Below the pieces are notes generated by a model, which worked only from the letters and a program-made list of their open reading frames with translations, ran no database searches and was not told the DNA's origin. A program made the translations under genes and the position numbers. From Candidatus Methanomethylicia archaeon (GTDB lineage Archaea > Thermoproteota > Methanomethylicia > CALHIW01), in assembly GCA_038845975.1 (NCBI GenBank), contig JAWBQF010000002.1, positions 32,001-96,000 of the forward strand: 64,000 nt of DNA. The letters run 5' to 3'. The number at the start of each line of letters is the position of its first letter. The stretch's first letter is position 1. Shown one piece after another: positions 1-10,180 of this stretch.

Positions 1-975
1 AGTATTCCTACTTATTGCCTGCGCTGAAACAGATCTGGCCCATATGAGTTCAGGATTACTGCTTGAAGAATACTTAATATGGATTGGAAACATTACATAC
101 CATAATGCATTGTATACTAGGGAGGTCATAATGTGATAGGCAGCAGTAACGATGGCTGTTCCTTCAGCACCACCACAGTAACCACCAAGTAATGGTCCAC
201 AGTCAACACCTAAAACCATACCTAGAGTATTTGCTACACAAGCCCTATTTAAAAGATCAAAGTTTGTTTTAAGCTCTGCAATTGCACCTATCATAACACC
301 ATCGGATTTTCTTAATCCGAAGTCTGGATGGAGAGCTGAAATAAGTGAAACAGCTGTTGAAGCTGTTGCTATAGAATTCATTATTGGTAAGCCCGGTCTC
401 CCAGCTCTTCTTAATGCTTCTCTTGCAAGAACTACTGTCCTCATAGATCCAAGAACTTCTAAAGGGGAGCCCGGTCTTATCCTCATTCCATTAACTCTGG
501 TTAAAGCAGGAGTTGTTAAAGAGTTTATATATGGTATTCTACCATATCCCTCAACAAGCTTTAGAAATACATCATCAGACGATACTGCTACACCAGCTGC
601 ACCGAGGAAACACCATGGTGGATTAGGATCTTCAGGCTTTCTTGAAGTTAAAGCTTTACGATCTACTCCCTCTCCAAGTATTACTTGTGATGGAGATATT
701 CTTATCTTCTCTTTAACCTCACTCTCATCAAAGAATATTATTCGCTGAGTATCAATACAGTATGCACCTACCTCACAGAAAAACTCGAAGGCAGCTTTAA
801 AAACACTATCAGCAAGACCTGGATCACTAGGTACAGGTATATCCGGATCATAGCTTACACCATACTTCCTAATAACATCTTTAAGCTTTAATGTGAATAT
901 CTTTAAGTCGAAATCCTTCTCAGAACATATTTTCCCTACTGTAGCTCTCTCAATAACATCTAGAAGTGAAACCAT
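1..975 (-). CDS. mtmB: Monomethylamine methyltransferase MtmB-family protein without pyrrolysine (3' end runs off the window)
   Basis: Hand translation of segments from ATG 975 (not in ORF track): MVSLLDVIERATVGKICSEKDFDLK...AGRPGLPIMNS...ELKTNFD...PLLGGYCGGAEG, matching MtmB motifs; follows a corrinoid gene. Confidence 0.88.
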   Translation of the reverse strand, partial: MVSLLDVIERATVGKICSEKDFDLKIFTLKLKDVIRKYGVSYDPDIPVPSDPGLADSVFKAAFEFFCEVGAYCIDTQRIIFFDESEVKEKIRISPSQVILGEGVDRKALTSRKPEDPNPPWCFLGAAGVAVSSDDVFLKLVEGYGRIPYINSLTTPALTRVNGMRIRPGSPLEVLGSMRTVVLAREALRRAGRPGLPIMNSIATASTAVSLISALHPDFGLRKSDGVMIGAIAELKTNFDLLNRACVANTLGMVLGVDCGPLLGGYCGGAEGTAIVTAAYHIMTSLVYNALWYVMFPIHIKYSSSSNPELIWARSVSAQAISRNT

Positions 976-980
976 GAAGT

Positions 981-1625
981 TCACCGTCTCTCCTTAAGTG
1001 TTAATGCTACCTGTACAGCTTCAGAAGCTGTTTCAGCCCATCCATCAGCTCCAATCTCCTCAGCCCATTCTCTTGTTACAGGTCCCCCACCAACCATAAC
1101 AATATATTTATCCCTTTTTCCAAGAGCCTTTAAGTATTCAATAACATCTCTCTGCCCAATAATGGTTGAAGTCATGAGTGCAGAGATAGCAATAATATCT
1201 GCCTTAACCTCCTCAGCTTTTTCAATAAATCTTAATGGAGGAACATCTACTCCTAAATCATAAACATCAAATCCATAAGCTTTAAGAAGAGCAGCAACAA
1301 TATTCTTACCTATCTCATGTATATCCCCCTGAGCAGTTCCTATAACAACAACGCCTCTTCTAGAAACTACTCCTTTGGGAATAGCAGGTAGTAAAATATC
1401 TAATCCAGCCTTAATAGCATCAGCAGCCATAATAAGCTCAGCTAGATAAATTTCTAACCTATCAAATTTATCACCAATAATCCTAGCTCCTACAGCTAAA
1501 CCCTTCTCAATAGCTTCTAGAGGATCTAAACCTTTAGCAATAACTTCATTAGCATACTTAACAACAGCATCAACATCATAGGATACAACAGCATCACGTA
1601 GTTTAGCGTATAGATCTTCACTCAT
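981..1625 (-). CDS. Methyltransferase cognate corrinoid protein (MtmC/MttC-like)
   Basis: B12 motif GDIHEIGKNIV, SALMT, VGGGP; likely start MSEDLY at 1625. Confidence 0.92.
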   Translation of the reverse strand: MSEDLYAKLRDAVVSYDVDAVVKYANEVIAKGLDPLEAIEKGLAVGARIIGDKFDRLEIYLAELIMAADAIKAGLDILLPAIPKGVVSRRGVVVIGTAQGDIHEIGKNIVAALLKAYGFDVYDLGVDVPPLRFIEKAEEVKADIIAISALMTSTIIGQRDVIEYLKALGKRDKYIVMVGGGPVTREWAEEIGADGWAETASEAVQVALTLKERR

Positions 1626-1763
1626 ATAATCACAGCAATTAAAGTTAAAAATCAAATATTTAAACTTTTTCCAAAAATGAAATCATAAATAGGAAATAGT
1701 TTAAATAAAAATGTTTAAAACATTGATTTATTTAAAATTCAAGTATAGAAATTAAGTAAATAG

Positions 1764-3059
1764 TTAGATTATGAATATTTCTTTATCGATATTTCTATTT
1801 ACTATGCTTAAGTCGCTTACTTTAAACTTTTCACCACCATATAGTTCAGCATACTCTCTATTTAAGCATGTTGCTGCTGTTATTCTTCCTAATGCATCGG
1901 CTTTCGATAATCCATTACCACTCGTACCACCAACAACAGTTATATTGCTTTCCTTATGAACTATCGGTAATCCATCAATTGAGATATCATAATATCCTGC
2001 ATGTGAATTTGACGGATAGACATTTATAAACTGTGGAAAATACTTTACTAGTACTTGGTAGATTCCATATTTATAGAAGTTTTCCTCTGCTGGTGGATCA
2101 TCCTCCACTACTCCATAAGCTCTACCTAAATGATCTGAGCAACCTATCCAATACGCTAACTCGCCAATATCTGGCTTCATCCATAGCCATGATTCTCCTC
2201 TCACATATATGAATAAGAATGGAGCTGCATTAAGCTTATTAAAGCCCTTAGCAAACATTACCTGTTTTAACGGTTCAGTGTTTGCTTTAACTATGAATAC
2301 TTGCCTCTTCTTAGGTTTAAAATGACAATCAATACCTATTGAATCAAGGATTTGGGGTGCCCATGCACTTGCAGCTACAACAATTTCATTAGCCTCAATA
2401 AATCCCTTATCTGTTAAAGCCCCCTTAGCTATAACTTCCTGCCAGATGTGTGGTTCATTAGGTATGTTAAACTCTATTCTTGGACCAGTAATTATTCTAC
2501 TAGTAAAAGTATTATAGAGTATTTTACCATTCATTCTTATAAATTCCATCTCATAAAATTTAACCATGTTCTCCTGACGCCAATACCCAGCATTTGGGAA
2601 CATTAAGCCAACATCAATATTTCTAAGATTCATAGATTTAGCCTCTTCATCCAATACATTAACATTTACATTAAGATTCCTAGCTAAATCCTCTTTTGAG
2701 TATATTCGGTATTTAACGCCCATAGAATCCATTTTATTAAGAGCTGGTTTAGCAGTCTCGTAAAGCCCATTATCCATCATGAAGAGATAGCCAACCCACT
2801 TCATTCCAAGATCAATTTTAAGATCTTCCTGAATATGTCTATAAAACATTATTGAACTTCTACCAAGAGAGAGATTTGTTTTAGAAGTCCAAACATCAAG
2901 TCTAAATCCACCAGGAGCCTTCCCGGTTTCACCTTGACCCGGGGAAGACTTCTTCTCAACTACAATAACATTAAGTTTAGGGTCTAACATCTTTAAATGG
3001 TAAGCTGTAGAAAGCCCAACAATACCAGCACCAATAATTAAAACATCATATTTAACCAT
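1764..3059 (-). CDS. FAD-dependent amino-acid oxidoreductase (DAO / sarcosine oxidase beta / dye-linked proline dehydrogenase family)
   Basis: N-terminal IIGAGIVG, C-terminal AGYYD..DGLP and GGTSGNGL. Confidence 0.85.
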   Translation of the reverse strand: MVKYDVLIIGAGIVGLSTAYHLKMLDPKLNVIVVEKKSSPGQGETGKAPGGFRLDVWTSKTNLSLGRSSIMFYRHIQEDLKIDLGMKWVGYLFMMDNGLYETAKPALNKMDSMGVKYRIYSKEDLARNLNVNVNVLDEEAKSMNLRNIDVGLMFPNAGYWRQENMVKFYEMEFIRMNGKILYNTFTSRIITGPRIEFNIPNEPHIWQEVIAKGALTDKGFIEANEIVVAASAWAPQILDSIGIDCHFKPKKRQVFIVKANTEPLKQVMFAKGFNKLNAAPFLFIYVRGESWLWMKPDIGELAYWIGCSDHLGRAYGVVEDDPPAEENFYKYGIYQVLVKYFPQFINVYPSNSHAGYYDISIDGLPIVHKESNITVVGGTSGNGLSKADALGRITAATCLNREYAELYGGEKFKVSDLSIVNRNIDKEIFII

Positions 3060-3308
3060 ATCAGCCTAAAATTTAAGAAGATTTAAATCTTTCTACAAAA
3101 TGACTTTATGATCTTTAGATTTTAAAGCATATATTTAATGATTAAGTTCACAATACAACAAAATGATAAGTAACTTAAATAACAAATTAAATTTATTCAT
3201 TATTATAACAGTACTTCTTCATGAAGTTCAGCTTTAAGAGAATTACTTCAAATATTTAATTGTTTCATATGTTTAAGAATGAGTCTACTGATAAAATACT
3301 TACTTAAT

Positions 3309-3824
3309 CTACTTAGGTATTAAACTAATAACTTTATCCAGAACTATTTTAAACCAAACTGTATATTTATTAGGGTTTTGCTTTATATCCTCTTTTAAAT
3401 CATTTATACTTATCCATTTCCAATCTTCAACCTCATTACGATTTGGATTGATTTCACCATCATATTTCCCAATGAAAACATGGTCAAGCTCATACTCAGT
3501 AAACTCATTGTTAAGATCTGCTTTATATATGAAGTAGAAAACTCTCTTTAAATCACAGTCAAAACCCATTTCCTCCTTTAACCTTCTATGAACAGCTTGC
3601 TCTAATGATTCTCCAGGCTTAGGGTGACTACAGCAGGCATTCGACCATAACCCTCCGGAGTGATATTTATTTCTCGCTCTTTTTTGAAGTAGCATTTCCC
3701 CTCTTGAATTAAATATGAAAATAGAGAATGCCCTATGCAGTTTTCCTTCTTTATGGGCTTTTATCTTCTCTTCAACTCCTATCTCATTATCATCCTCATC
3801 AACAAGAACTACCTCTTCATTCAT
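3309..3824 (-). CDS. idi: Isopentenyl-diphosphate delta-isomerase, type 1 (Nudix fold)
   Basis: LHRAFS, LLQKRA..KY, WSNACCSHP, RRLKEEMG, EYELDHVF motifs; start placed at MNEE after GGTGA. Confidence 0.9.
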   Translation of the reverse strand: MNEEVVLVDEDDNEIGVEEKIKAHKEGKLHRAFSIFIFNSRGEMLLQKRARNKYHSGGLWSNACCSHPKPGESLEQAVHRRLKEEMGFDCDLKRVFYFIYKADLNNEFTEYELDHVFIGKYDGEINPNRNEVEDWKWISINDLKEDIKQNPNKYTVWFKIVLDKVISLIPK

Positions 3825-4230
3825 CAATTTCACCATTAACATCAGGTACCTCATTTAGTGAAACGTAAGTATATTTAAAAATTACTATCTAATACTTAGA
3901 TATAACAGCTTAACCTATATGCTTAGCTTATTAAACTACTAATACTCTTTACTAAGATTTCGCGGTTAGTATTCGTGGGTTATTTTAGGTTTCCATTATT
4001 ACTTATTGAATTATCTTCTTGATTTATACGTGTTGAATGTTTTTTATGTATGGATTTATATTGTCTCTAAATATTCTCTATGAAGTTATGATCTAGGCAT
4101 TGATACTTCATTCTTAGAGTTGTATTGATTTCTAATCTATTTACTTTAGTAATGATTCATGTATTTACGAATATACTTACTTTTAGCCTACAGTATATGG
4201 TTTTTCAATGGATGGTAATTTATAGAAGTA

Positions 4231-4845
4231 TTATAGCCTTGTGTATACCTCTATTCCTAGTTTTTTAGAGGCTTCTAATGCTTTCTCCTCTATATATGGT
4301 GTTATTATTAATAGCCTATCTGGTTTTCTACCTGTCTTTTCATAATATATTTCAGCCTTCCTCTTAAACTGGATTATATCTGATGACCTTATATGTGATG
4401 ATATTTCAATCAATATTATTCTTTCATCCTTTATAGCAATATCAACCTCAATATCGCTTGGATATCCGTATACTCTACCTGAATCATCATAGCCTCTCCA
4501 TCTTTCAACTCTAAATCCAAACTCTCTCTCCACTAAGCCTCTTAAACCCTCTCTAAATGCTTCCTCAATCATAATTCCCCATCTAGCTCCTAGAGCGGAG
4601 ATACGTTTATCAATAAGTTCAAAACCCCTTAACATATCCTCCCTAAGCTTTACAAGATCTTTTCTAAGCTTTACAAGATCTTTTCTAAGCTTTACAAGTT
4701 CTACTTCATGTTTATCAAGCCTCTTAAGTATTTCCTCTAACCCTACTAGACCTGCCACTGCATACCTGAACTCCTCATCCTCTTTTAGTAGCTTTAGTAT
4801 ACTAGCTTTTAACTCCTCAATCTCCACTACATATACACCATTCAT
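4231..4845 (-). CDS. DUF3782-type coiled-coil + PD-(D/E)XK-like protein
   Basis: DEEFRYAVAGL, ALGARWG, EVDI..IEI motifs; heptad repeats. Confidence 0.8.
   Translation of the reverse strand: MNGVYVVEIEELKASILKLLKEDEEFRYAVAGLVGLEEILKRLDKHEVELVKLRKDLVKLRKDLVKLREDMLRGFELIDKRISALGARWGIMIEEAFREGLRGLVEREFGFRVERWRGYDDSGRVYGYPSDIEVDIAIKDERIILIEISSHIRSSDIIQFKRKAEIYYEKTGRKPDRLLIITPYIEEKALEASKKLGIEVYTRL
4643..4698. repeat. 21-bp tandem repeat (2.7 copies) encoding LVKLRKD heptads
   Basis: ctaagctttacaagatctttt twice, then ctaagctttacaag. Confidence 0.9.
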
Positions 4846-4888
4846 AATTATATGACTATACTAATTAAAGATTTCGATTATTACATGA

Positions 4889-4946
4889 GATACTGTTAAG
4901 TTAAGTTTAATCTCTACAAGTTACTATATGCTAACTTAATAGTATC
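4889..4946. mobile_element. 58-bp mini element bounded by IS6-like inverted repeats
   Basis: gatactgttaagtta ... taacttaatagtatc; ends resemble the TIR gatactgtcaagtt at 24667/25324. Confidence 0.55.
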
Positions 4947-5002
4947 GAACTTGCTAGGAAAAGCTTATATTATCTCAGTAGTTTAGTTTATGGTGTTAAT
5001 TA

Positions 5003-5959
5003 TTGATTTTGCTAAACGATAGGGATGTTGAAAGAATTTTAAGCATGAGGGAATGTATAGAGGTTGTTGAGGAGGCCTTTAAGAGTTTAGGGTTAGGTAA
5101 TGCTATAATGCCTTTGAGAACCATGATTCCTATCGAGGAATTTAATGGAGTAATTTTAATTATGCCATCATATATAAAGGGCTTAAACGCTTTAGCAACG
5201 AAAATAGTTACATTCTATCCAGATAATGTTAAGTTTAAACTACCTGTTATTAATGCACATGTAATTGTAAATAATCCTAAAACAGGAATTGTTGAGGCTG
5301 TTATTGAGGCAAACTATTTAACGGCTATGAGGACAGGAGCAGTAAGCGGAGTTGCAACTAAATATCTTGCAAGAGAAAATGCTAAAACATTAGCTATTAT
5401 AGGATGTGGAGTACAAGCAAGAACACAGCTATGGGCTGTAATTACAGTTAGAAATATTAAAGAGGTTAAAGCCTACGATATAGACGAGAGGAGAAAGGAG
5501 GAGTTTGTAAGAGAGATGAAGGAAAGATTTCAGCTTGAAATTACATCTACAGAAAACGCTAAAGAAGCGGTGGAGGAGGCAGATATAATAGTAACTGCAA
5601 CGACATCAAGTACTCCTGTTATAAATTATGAATGGATTAAACCTGGAACCCATATAAACGCTATAGGTGCCTTTAGGCCAGATATGAGGGAAATAGATAG
5701 TAAAACAATTCTAAATGCAAAGGTAGTAGTAGATTTAAGAGAAGCAGCTCTAAAAGAAGCTGGAGATATAATAATTCCAATTCAGGAAGGATTGATAAGT
5801 AGAGAACATATATATGCTGAGCTTAGTGAACTGATTCTCAATAGGAAACCAGGCAGAAAATCAGAAAGCGAAATTACACTATTTAAAAGTGTAGGATTAG
5901 CAATACAGGATTCATCAGTTGCAACATATATACTAAACAAGATTAGAAAACAGCTATAA
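5003..5959 (+). CDS. Ornithine cyclodeaminase / mu-crystallin family protein
   Basis: LTAMRTGA, IIGCGVQA, HINAIGA, LFKSVGLAIQD. Confidence 0.9.
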   Translation: MILLNDRDVERILSMRECIEVVEEAFKSLGLGNAIMPLRTMIPIEEFNGVILIMPSYIKGLNALATKIVTFYPDNVKFKLPVINAHVIVNNPKTGIVEAVIEANYLTAMRTGAVSGVATKYLARENAKTLAIIGCGVQARTQLWAVITVRNIKEVKAYDIDERRKEEFVREMKERFQLEITSTENAKEAVEEADIIVTATTSSTPVINYEWIKPGTHINAIGAFRPDMREIDSKTILNAKVVVDLREAALKEAGDIIIPIQEGLISREHIYAELSELILNRKPGRKSESEITLFKSVGLAIQDSSVATYILNKIRKQL

Positions 5960-6276
5960 CATAGATTTAAAGAGATGTAATAAACTCATTAAATATTTGT
6001 TTCATTTAGTCAATAACATGGTAATCAGCATTGAATAAGTATAGATTTTTAAAGTGGATATAAGGCGGATGAATATGTAACTACATATTTAAACTTATTT
6101 AGATAAAAGCTCCATTACCCAAAACCTAAATTAACTTCTAATACGTAGAGGAAGAAATTAAAATCTGTGAATTACACAATGGTAATACCATTAGTGAAAA
6201 ACTAAATACATAAAAATATTGATGAAGTATACTCTACGTGATATTTAGTATTAGCTAATTTACTGTAAGGATTTAT

Positions 6277-6507
6277 TTATTCTTTCTTTTTCTTCTTGAT
6301 TTTTACTGTAGTTTCAGCTACATCTTCCGTTATAGCATATAGCATATCAACTAGAATTGGAGCTATAGTGGAGAATACCTTATATCTCTCCTCCCTATTA
6401 AGCTCTGAAAACTGCTGATCTACCTCCTCCCAGATAGCTCTAAACATAGAAACCATATCCCCAACTACACTTCTTAAACCCTCAACTTCTCCACTAGAAA
6501 ATGACAT
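6277..6507 (-). CDS. Small hypothetical protein with Lys-rich C-terminus
   Basis: 76-aa ORF with GAGGT and TATA-like elements upstream; no family recognised. Confidence 0.6.
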   Translation of the reverse strand: MSFSSGEVEGLRSVVGDMVSMFRAIWEEVDQQFSELNREERYKVFSTIAPILVDMLYAITEDVAETTVKIKKKKKE

Positions 6508-6568
6508 TACTATATAACCTCGTAGTTAAAGAGATATACTTGGCTTTATACTTTTCGATAAACATATA

Positions 6569-7603
6569 GGTTCTGTCGGATAAGAAGTGGGCTAGTAATT
6601 TAATGTTATGAATATTCCAGCCAGTTAATAGATTGGATAGTTAAGTATTTAGGAGGTTGATGAGCTTAAAGTTAAGGTATTCTTGTTTGGCTGATATCGA
6701 ACTCATTGCAAAACCTTAGGTATATCATTCACTATATACTGAAACGGCTTGACTTTAAAATCTTAAGATCAGGAGGACTTCACTCCCTTTTTAATTTATT
6801 TGGTTGTTGCTATCGGATAAGGGTATGGATTGAAATAATTAATCTTTTCTAGTTTTTGCTCTTCTCTTACTGTATTCATTGAGCTGTTGGTTATTTAGCC
6901 CATCTCTTGCTCTTTGTTTCCTCGGCTCAGAAAGTCATAGTAGAACTTAAGCTCTTAGAAGCTCTTAGATGATTTAAAGCTAGGCTTTTCTCTCTCAGCT
7001 TTCTAAGAGTATTTTAAGTTGATGTTGTGGGAGAATATGCCTGTTCTATGCTTCAAGTAAGCGAAGATCCTTCCACGAAGCTTCCCTCCATTTGTTTGAT
7101 TCTCTTGTTCCAATCCTAGCTGCTCAACCCCTTCCTTAAGCCAACACTCCCTATCCCTTATTATCCTTGGCTTGTTTAGACATTTATTAAGCACTTCTTG
7201 AAGGAAAATTCTAGTTACTAAAGAACTCCTAGCAGGATAAGCCCTTATCTCTACAAGCTCCTAGTATCCACGTCTATGGAAGCATAAACCCAAACCCCCA
7301 CCCTTAAGCTTAATGCAAGCCTCATTTATAGCTATGGTTAAATGCTTCTTTAATTTCCCCACTCCTTAGCTTCCAAAATAGCTCTAAACCCCAGCACCAC
7401 TCGTTTAGATTACTGGCAAATCCCACCAAAGCTCAAGAAGCCTAGAAGCTTTCTACAAGAGCTCAATATAAGCCAATCAAAAGCCTTCAGCTCAATTGGC
7501 TTTTTATTCCTTTAAAGATATTTAAGCTCCCAGTCCAACCTATTAACTGGGCTGGAACCTCTATATATTAATTACCCAGCCCAACTTTTATCCGGACAGA
7601 ACC
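6569..7603 (-). mobile_element. Decayed IS6-family insertion sequence
   Basis: Imperfect TIRs ggttctgtcggataag.. (6569) and ..ttatccggacagaacc (7603); frameshifted transposase fragments IAINEACIKL, WVYASIDVDTRELV, CLNKPRIIRD. Confidence 0.85.
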
Positions 7604-7935
7604 AAAACATTAAACCCTACAGTTATGGATGATGATACGTCTCTACCATCAATAATGATTGATGCGAAACAAGTATAGAATAAAACTTGAATTAGCAAGC
7701 CGATAATAGCGATTAGACAAACATATATCATATAAATTAGTGAAGCATAAAATGTAATGATATCGCTGAGATACGGTAATATTATCACCATAAACATTAT
7801 GATGCTGATAAATCCTGCTAATAAGCCTTGAACAATACTTAAACCTAAACATTTACTAAAATATCTCTTTACTCCTACAATCCAATCATATATATTTTTG
7901 ATACTATTAAGGCTTTGTAAATTTAGGCTATTCAT
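7604..7935 (-). pseudogene. Membrane-protein gene fragment truncated at the IS6 end
   Basis: Hydrophobic ORF 7588..7935 reads into the IS right TIR and stops inside it. Confidence 0.55.
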
Positions 7936-8363
7936 TGCATATACTTCTCATATCTAAAGTTCACAGAGCTACCGCTAATATGGGGAGATTTAAGCTTATC
8001 ACTATTGTTGTTAGGAGTAATAAACCATTTGAAGCTTTACTTAACATCTATTATTTTAGATTCAAGCTTAAAATTTACCTATTTATACTAATCAAATTCG
8101 CTAAGACATCTTAGGGCAGTAGAATTAACATCCTATAAAATCAACTATTAAACGGCTAAATACTTGCATATATGCCTGAACCATCTTTCAGACAAGAAAT
8201 ACTCTAAGAGGACCAATAAGCTTCTAAATAGAGGGATGAGGAGATCTAAATTATAAATAAGGTATAGAAAGATTTAAATCCTTAACAACCACAAAACTTC
8301 AGAATGGGTTATAGTTGTATAGGATGGACTCTTATCAAGTCTATAAATGTTGAATTCTTTAAA

Positions 8364-8537
8364 CTATTCTCCCCAGTCTTCCTCTTCAACTTCTGCAGGC
8401 TTAATTGAAACTTCACTATTGTTTATTGATTTTATTTCATATGATGAACCGCAATCCGGACATGTAATAATTTCACCTACTATAGCATCTATAGGCACTC
8501 TTATTTCACCATCACATATTGGGCATAAAGTCTTCAT
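8364..8537 (-). CDS. lysW: LysW/ArgW amino-group carrier protein
   Basis: CPIC..CPDC zinc ribbon and C-terminal EEDWGE; GGTAGGTGA before ATG 8537. Confidence 0.93.
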   Translation of the reverse strand: MKTLCPICDGEIRVPIDAIVGEIITCPDCGSSYEIKSINNSEVSIKPAEVEEEDWGE

Positions 8538-8965
8538 TGCATCACCTACCATGAGATGATTAATGCCTTTATTTAATTTTTCGTTTTAAAAATTACTTTA
8601 AGTCAGTTTTTATGTTGCAATTATAACTATATGTTAAGCCTATTATATTCTAGTCCTCATCAAACTTAAATTTCAACCCGCAATATTTTACATCTCTGAT
8701 AATAACAATAAAATAATTTCATCCATAGCCATATTTGAGGATGAAGTCTGTTTTTACCACTCAATTTTTACTACACATTTTTGTACTTGCTAAATGTAAA
8801 GTAAAAATTAAAAGTTAGCTATACTATTTGGTTCTTATGTGAAGAATTGTTAAATACATAAGATTTATTTTTAGATATTATCTTGATAACCTCTGAAACT
8901 TCTTGAAATGATATTTATCCACCATGAAGGAGATTTGTAGCTTTTAGATTTACATCTTATGTTAG

Positions 8966-8991
8966 GGTATAGATTTAATTAAATCTATACC
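8966..8991. promoter_or_regulatory. Perfect 26-bp palindrome upstream of the glycosyltransferase
   Basis: ggtatagatttaattaaatctatacc equals its own reverse complement; function inferred only. Confidence 0.5.
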
Positions 8992-9043
8992 TTAAGATAT
9001 AAATGCATTACAAACAGTATAGTTTAATGTTATGGTGTAGAAT

Positions 9044-10141
9044 ATGCTTGTAAGCATATTCATTCCTATATATAGGGGTTCAAGAATACTAGATAAGGTA
9101 TTAAAGAGGTTAGTTAATCAGGATGTTGATAAGGAGATATTTGTAGTTATAGATAAGCCTTCGGAAAACTCTCTACATATTATTAAGGAGTTTGAAGATA
9201 GGGTTTACTTCATTATAAATATGAAGAGAATTGGTAAGGTTAATGCTTTAAATGAAGCTGTTAGAAGATCTAGAGGGGAAATACTTCTCTTCCTCGATGG
9301 AGATGTAGAAATACCTGAAGATCCTTACTTTCTTAGAATGATAATTAATGAGATGGAGGATGCCGATATACTGGATTTAAGAAAGGAAATTGTTAGAAGT
9401 TCATTCCTCTCAAGAATGATGTATTATGAATATATTGTAATGAATATCTATTCATGGCTATCTTCAAAGTTTACTGGAAAAACTCCAGCTATTAATGGTG
9501 CTGCATTCGCAATTAGAAGAAATGTTTTCAACTCTCTAAATGGCTTTAGAAGAGTTATAAGTGAGGATCTTGATATAGCTATAAGAGCATTTCTGAAAGG
9601 CTACAGGTTCAAGTATGCTGAGAAAGTTAAAGTATATAATCATGTCTACTTAAACTGGAAACTCTGGATTAGACAAAGGAAAAGATGGGCTATTGGATGG
9701 TTACTGTGGTTTAAGGAGTGGTGTATTGATTTAGCTAAGACATATCTTAAATATCCTAAATTACTTTTTCCATTAATAATCTTAATCCTTCCTACTTTCA
9801 TAGCTCTTCTAGGACTACTAGTACCAAATCAACTAGTACATGAACTACTTATAGCAATTATATTACTCTTCATAACCAAATACAGTAGTATACCTCCAAC
9901 AATACTATTAATGATCCCCAATATCAAGTTTATAAATGAATCCTCAATTTTACTTCTAAACCTATTATCAACGTCACTACTATACTTCATCCTATCAAGA
10001 AAACTTAAATTCAAGTTTAAGGTTTATGAGTTTATTGCTTACAGTCTTCTATATCTACCAGTATACATAGTAATCATAACGATATGTTTCATTCAAATAT
10101 TCATTCTTAGAGAAAAAGCTAGATTAAACTGGAAGGTTTAA
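9044..10141 (+). CDS. Membrane glycosyltransferase family 2
   Basis: FLDGD, SEDLD, QRKRW motifs; C-terminal TM helices. Confidence 0.9.
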   Translation: MLVSIFIPIYRGSRILDKVLKRLVNQDVDKEIFVVIDKPSENSLHIIKEFEDRVYFIINMKRIGKVNALNEAVRRSRGEILLFLDGDVEIPEDPYFLRMIINEMEDADILDLRKEIVRSSFLSRMMYYEYIVMNIYSWLSSKFTGKTPAINGAAFAIRRNVFNSLNGFRRVISEDLDIAIRAFLKGYRFKYAEKVKVYNHVYLNWKLWIRQRKRWAIGWLLWFKEWCIDLAKTYLKYPKLLFPLIILILPTFIALLGLLVPNQLVHELLIAIILLFITKYSSIPPTILLMIPNIKFINESSILLLNLLSTSLLYFILSRKLKFKFKVYEFIAYSLLYLPVYIVIITICFIQIFILREKARLNWKV

Positions 10142-10180
10142 CTATATGATTTTAGAATATTAATGGCTTAAGATTTAGAT

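Noticed and set aside
7003-7194. Independent 63-aa gene
   Set aside because: It is a fragment of the IS6 transposase.
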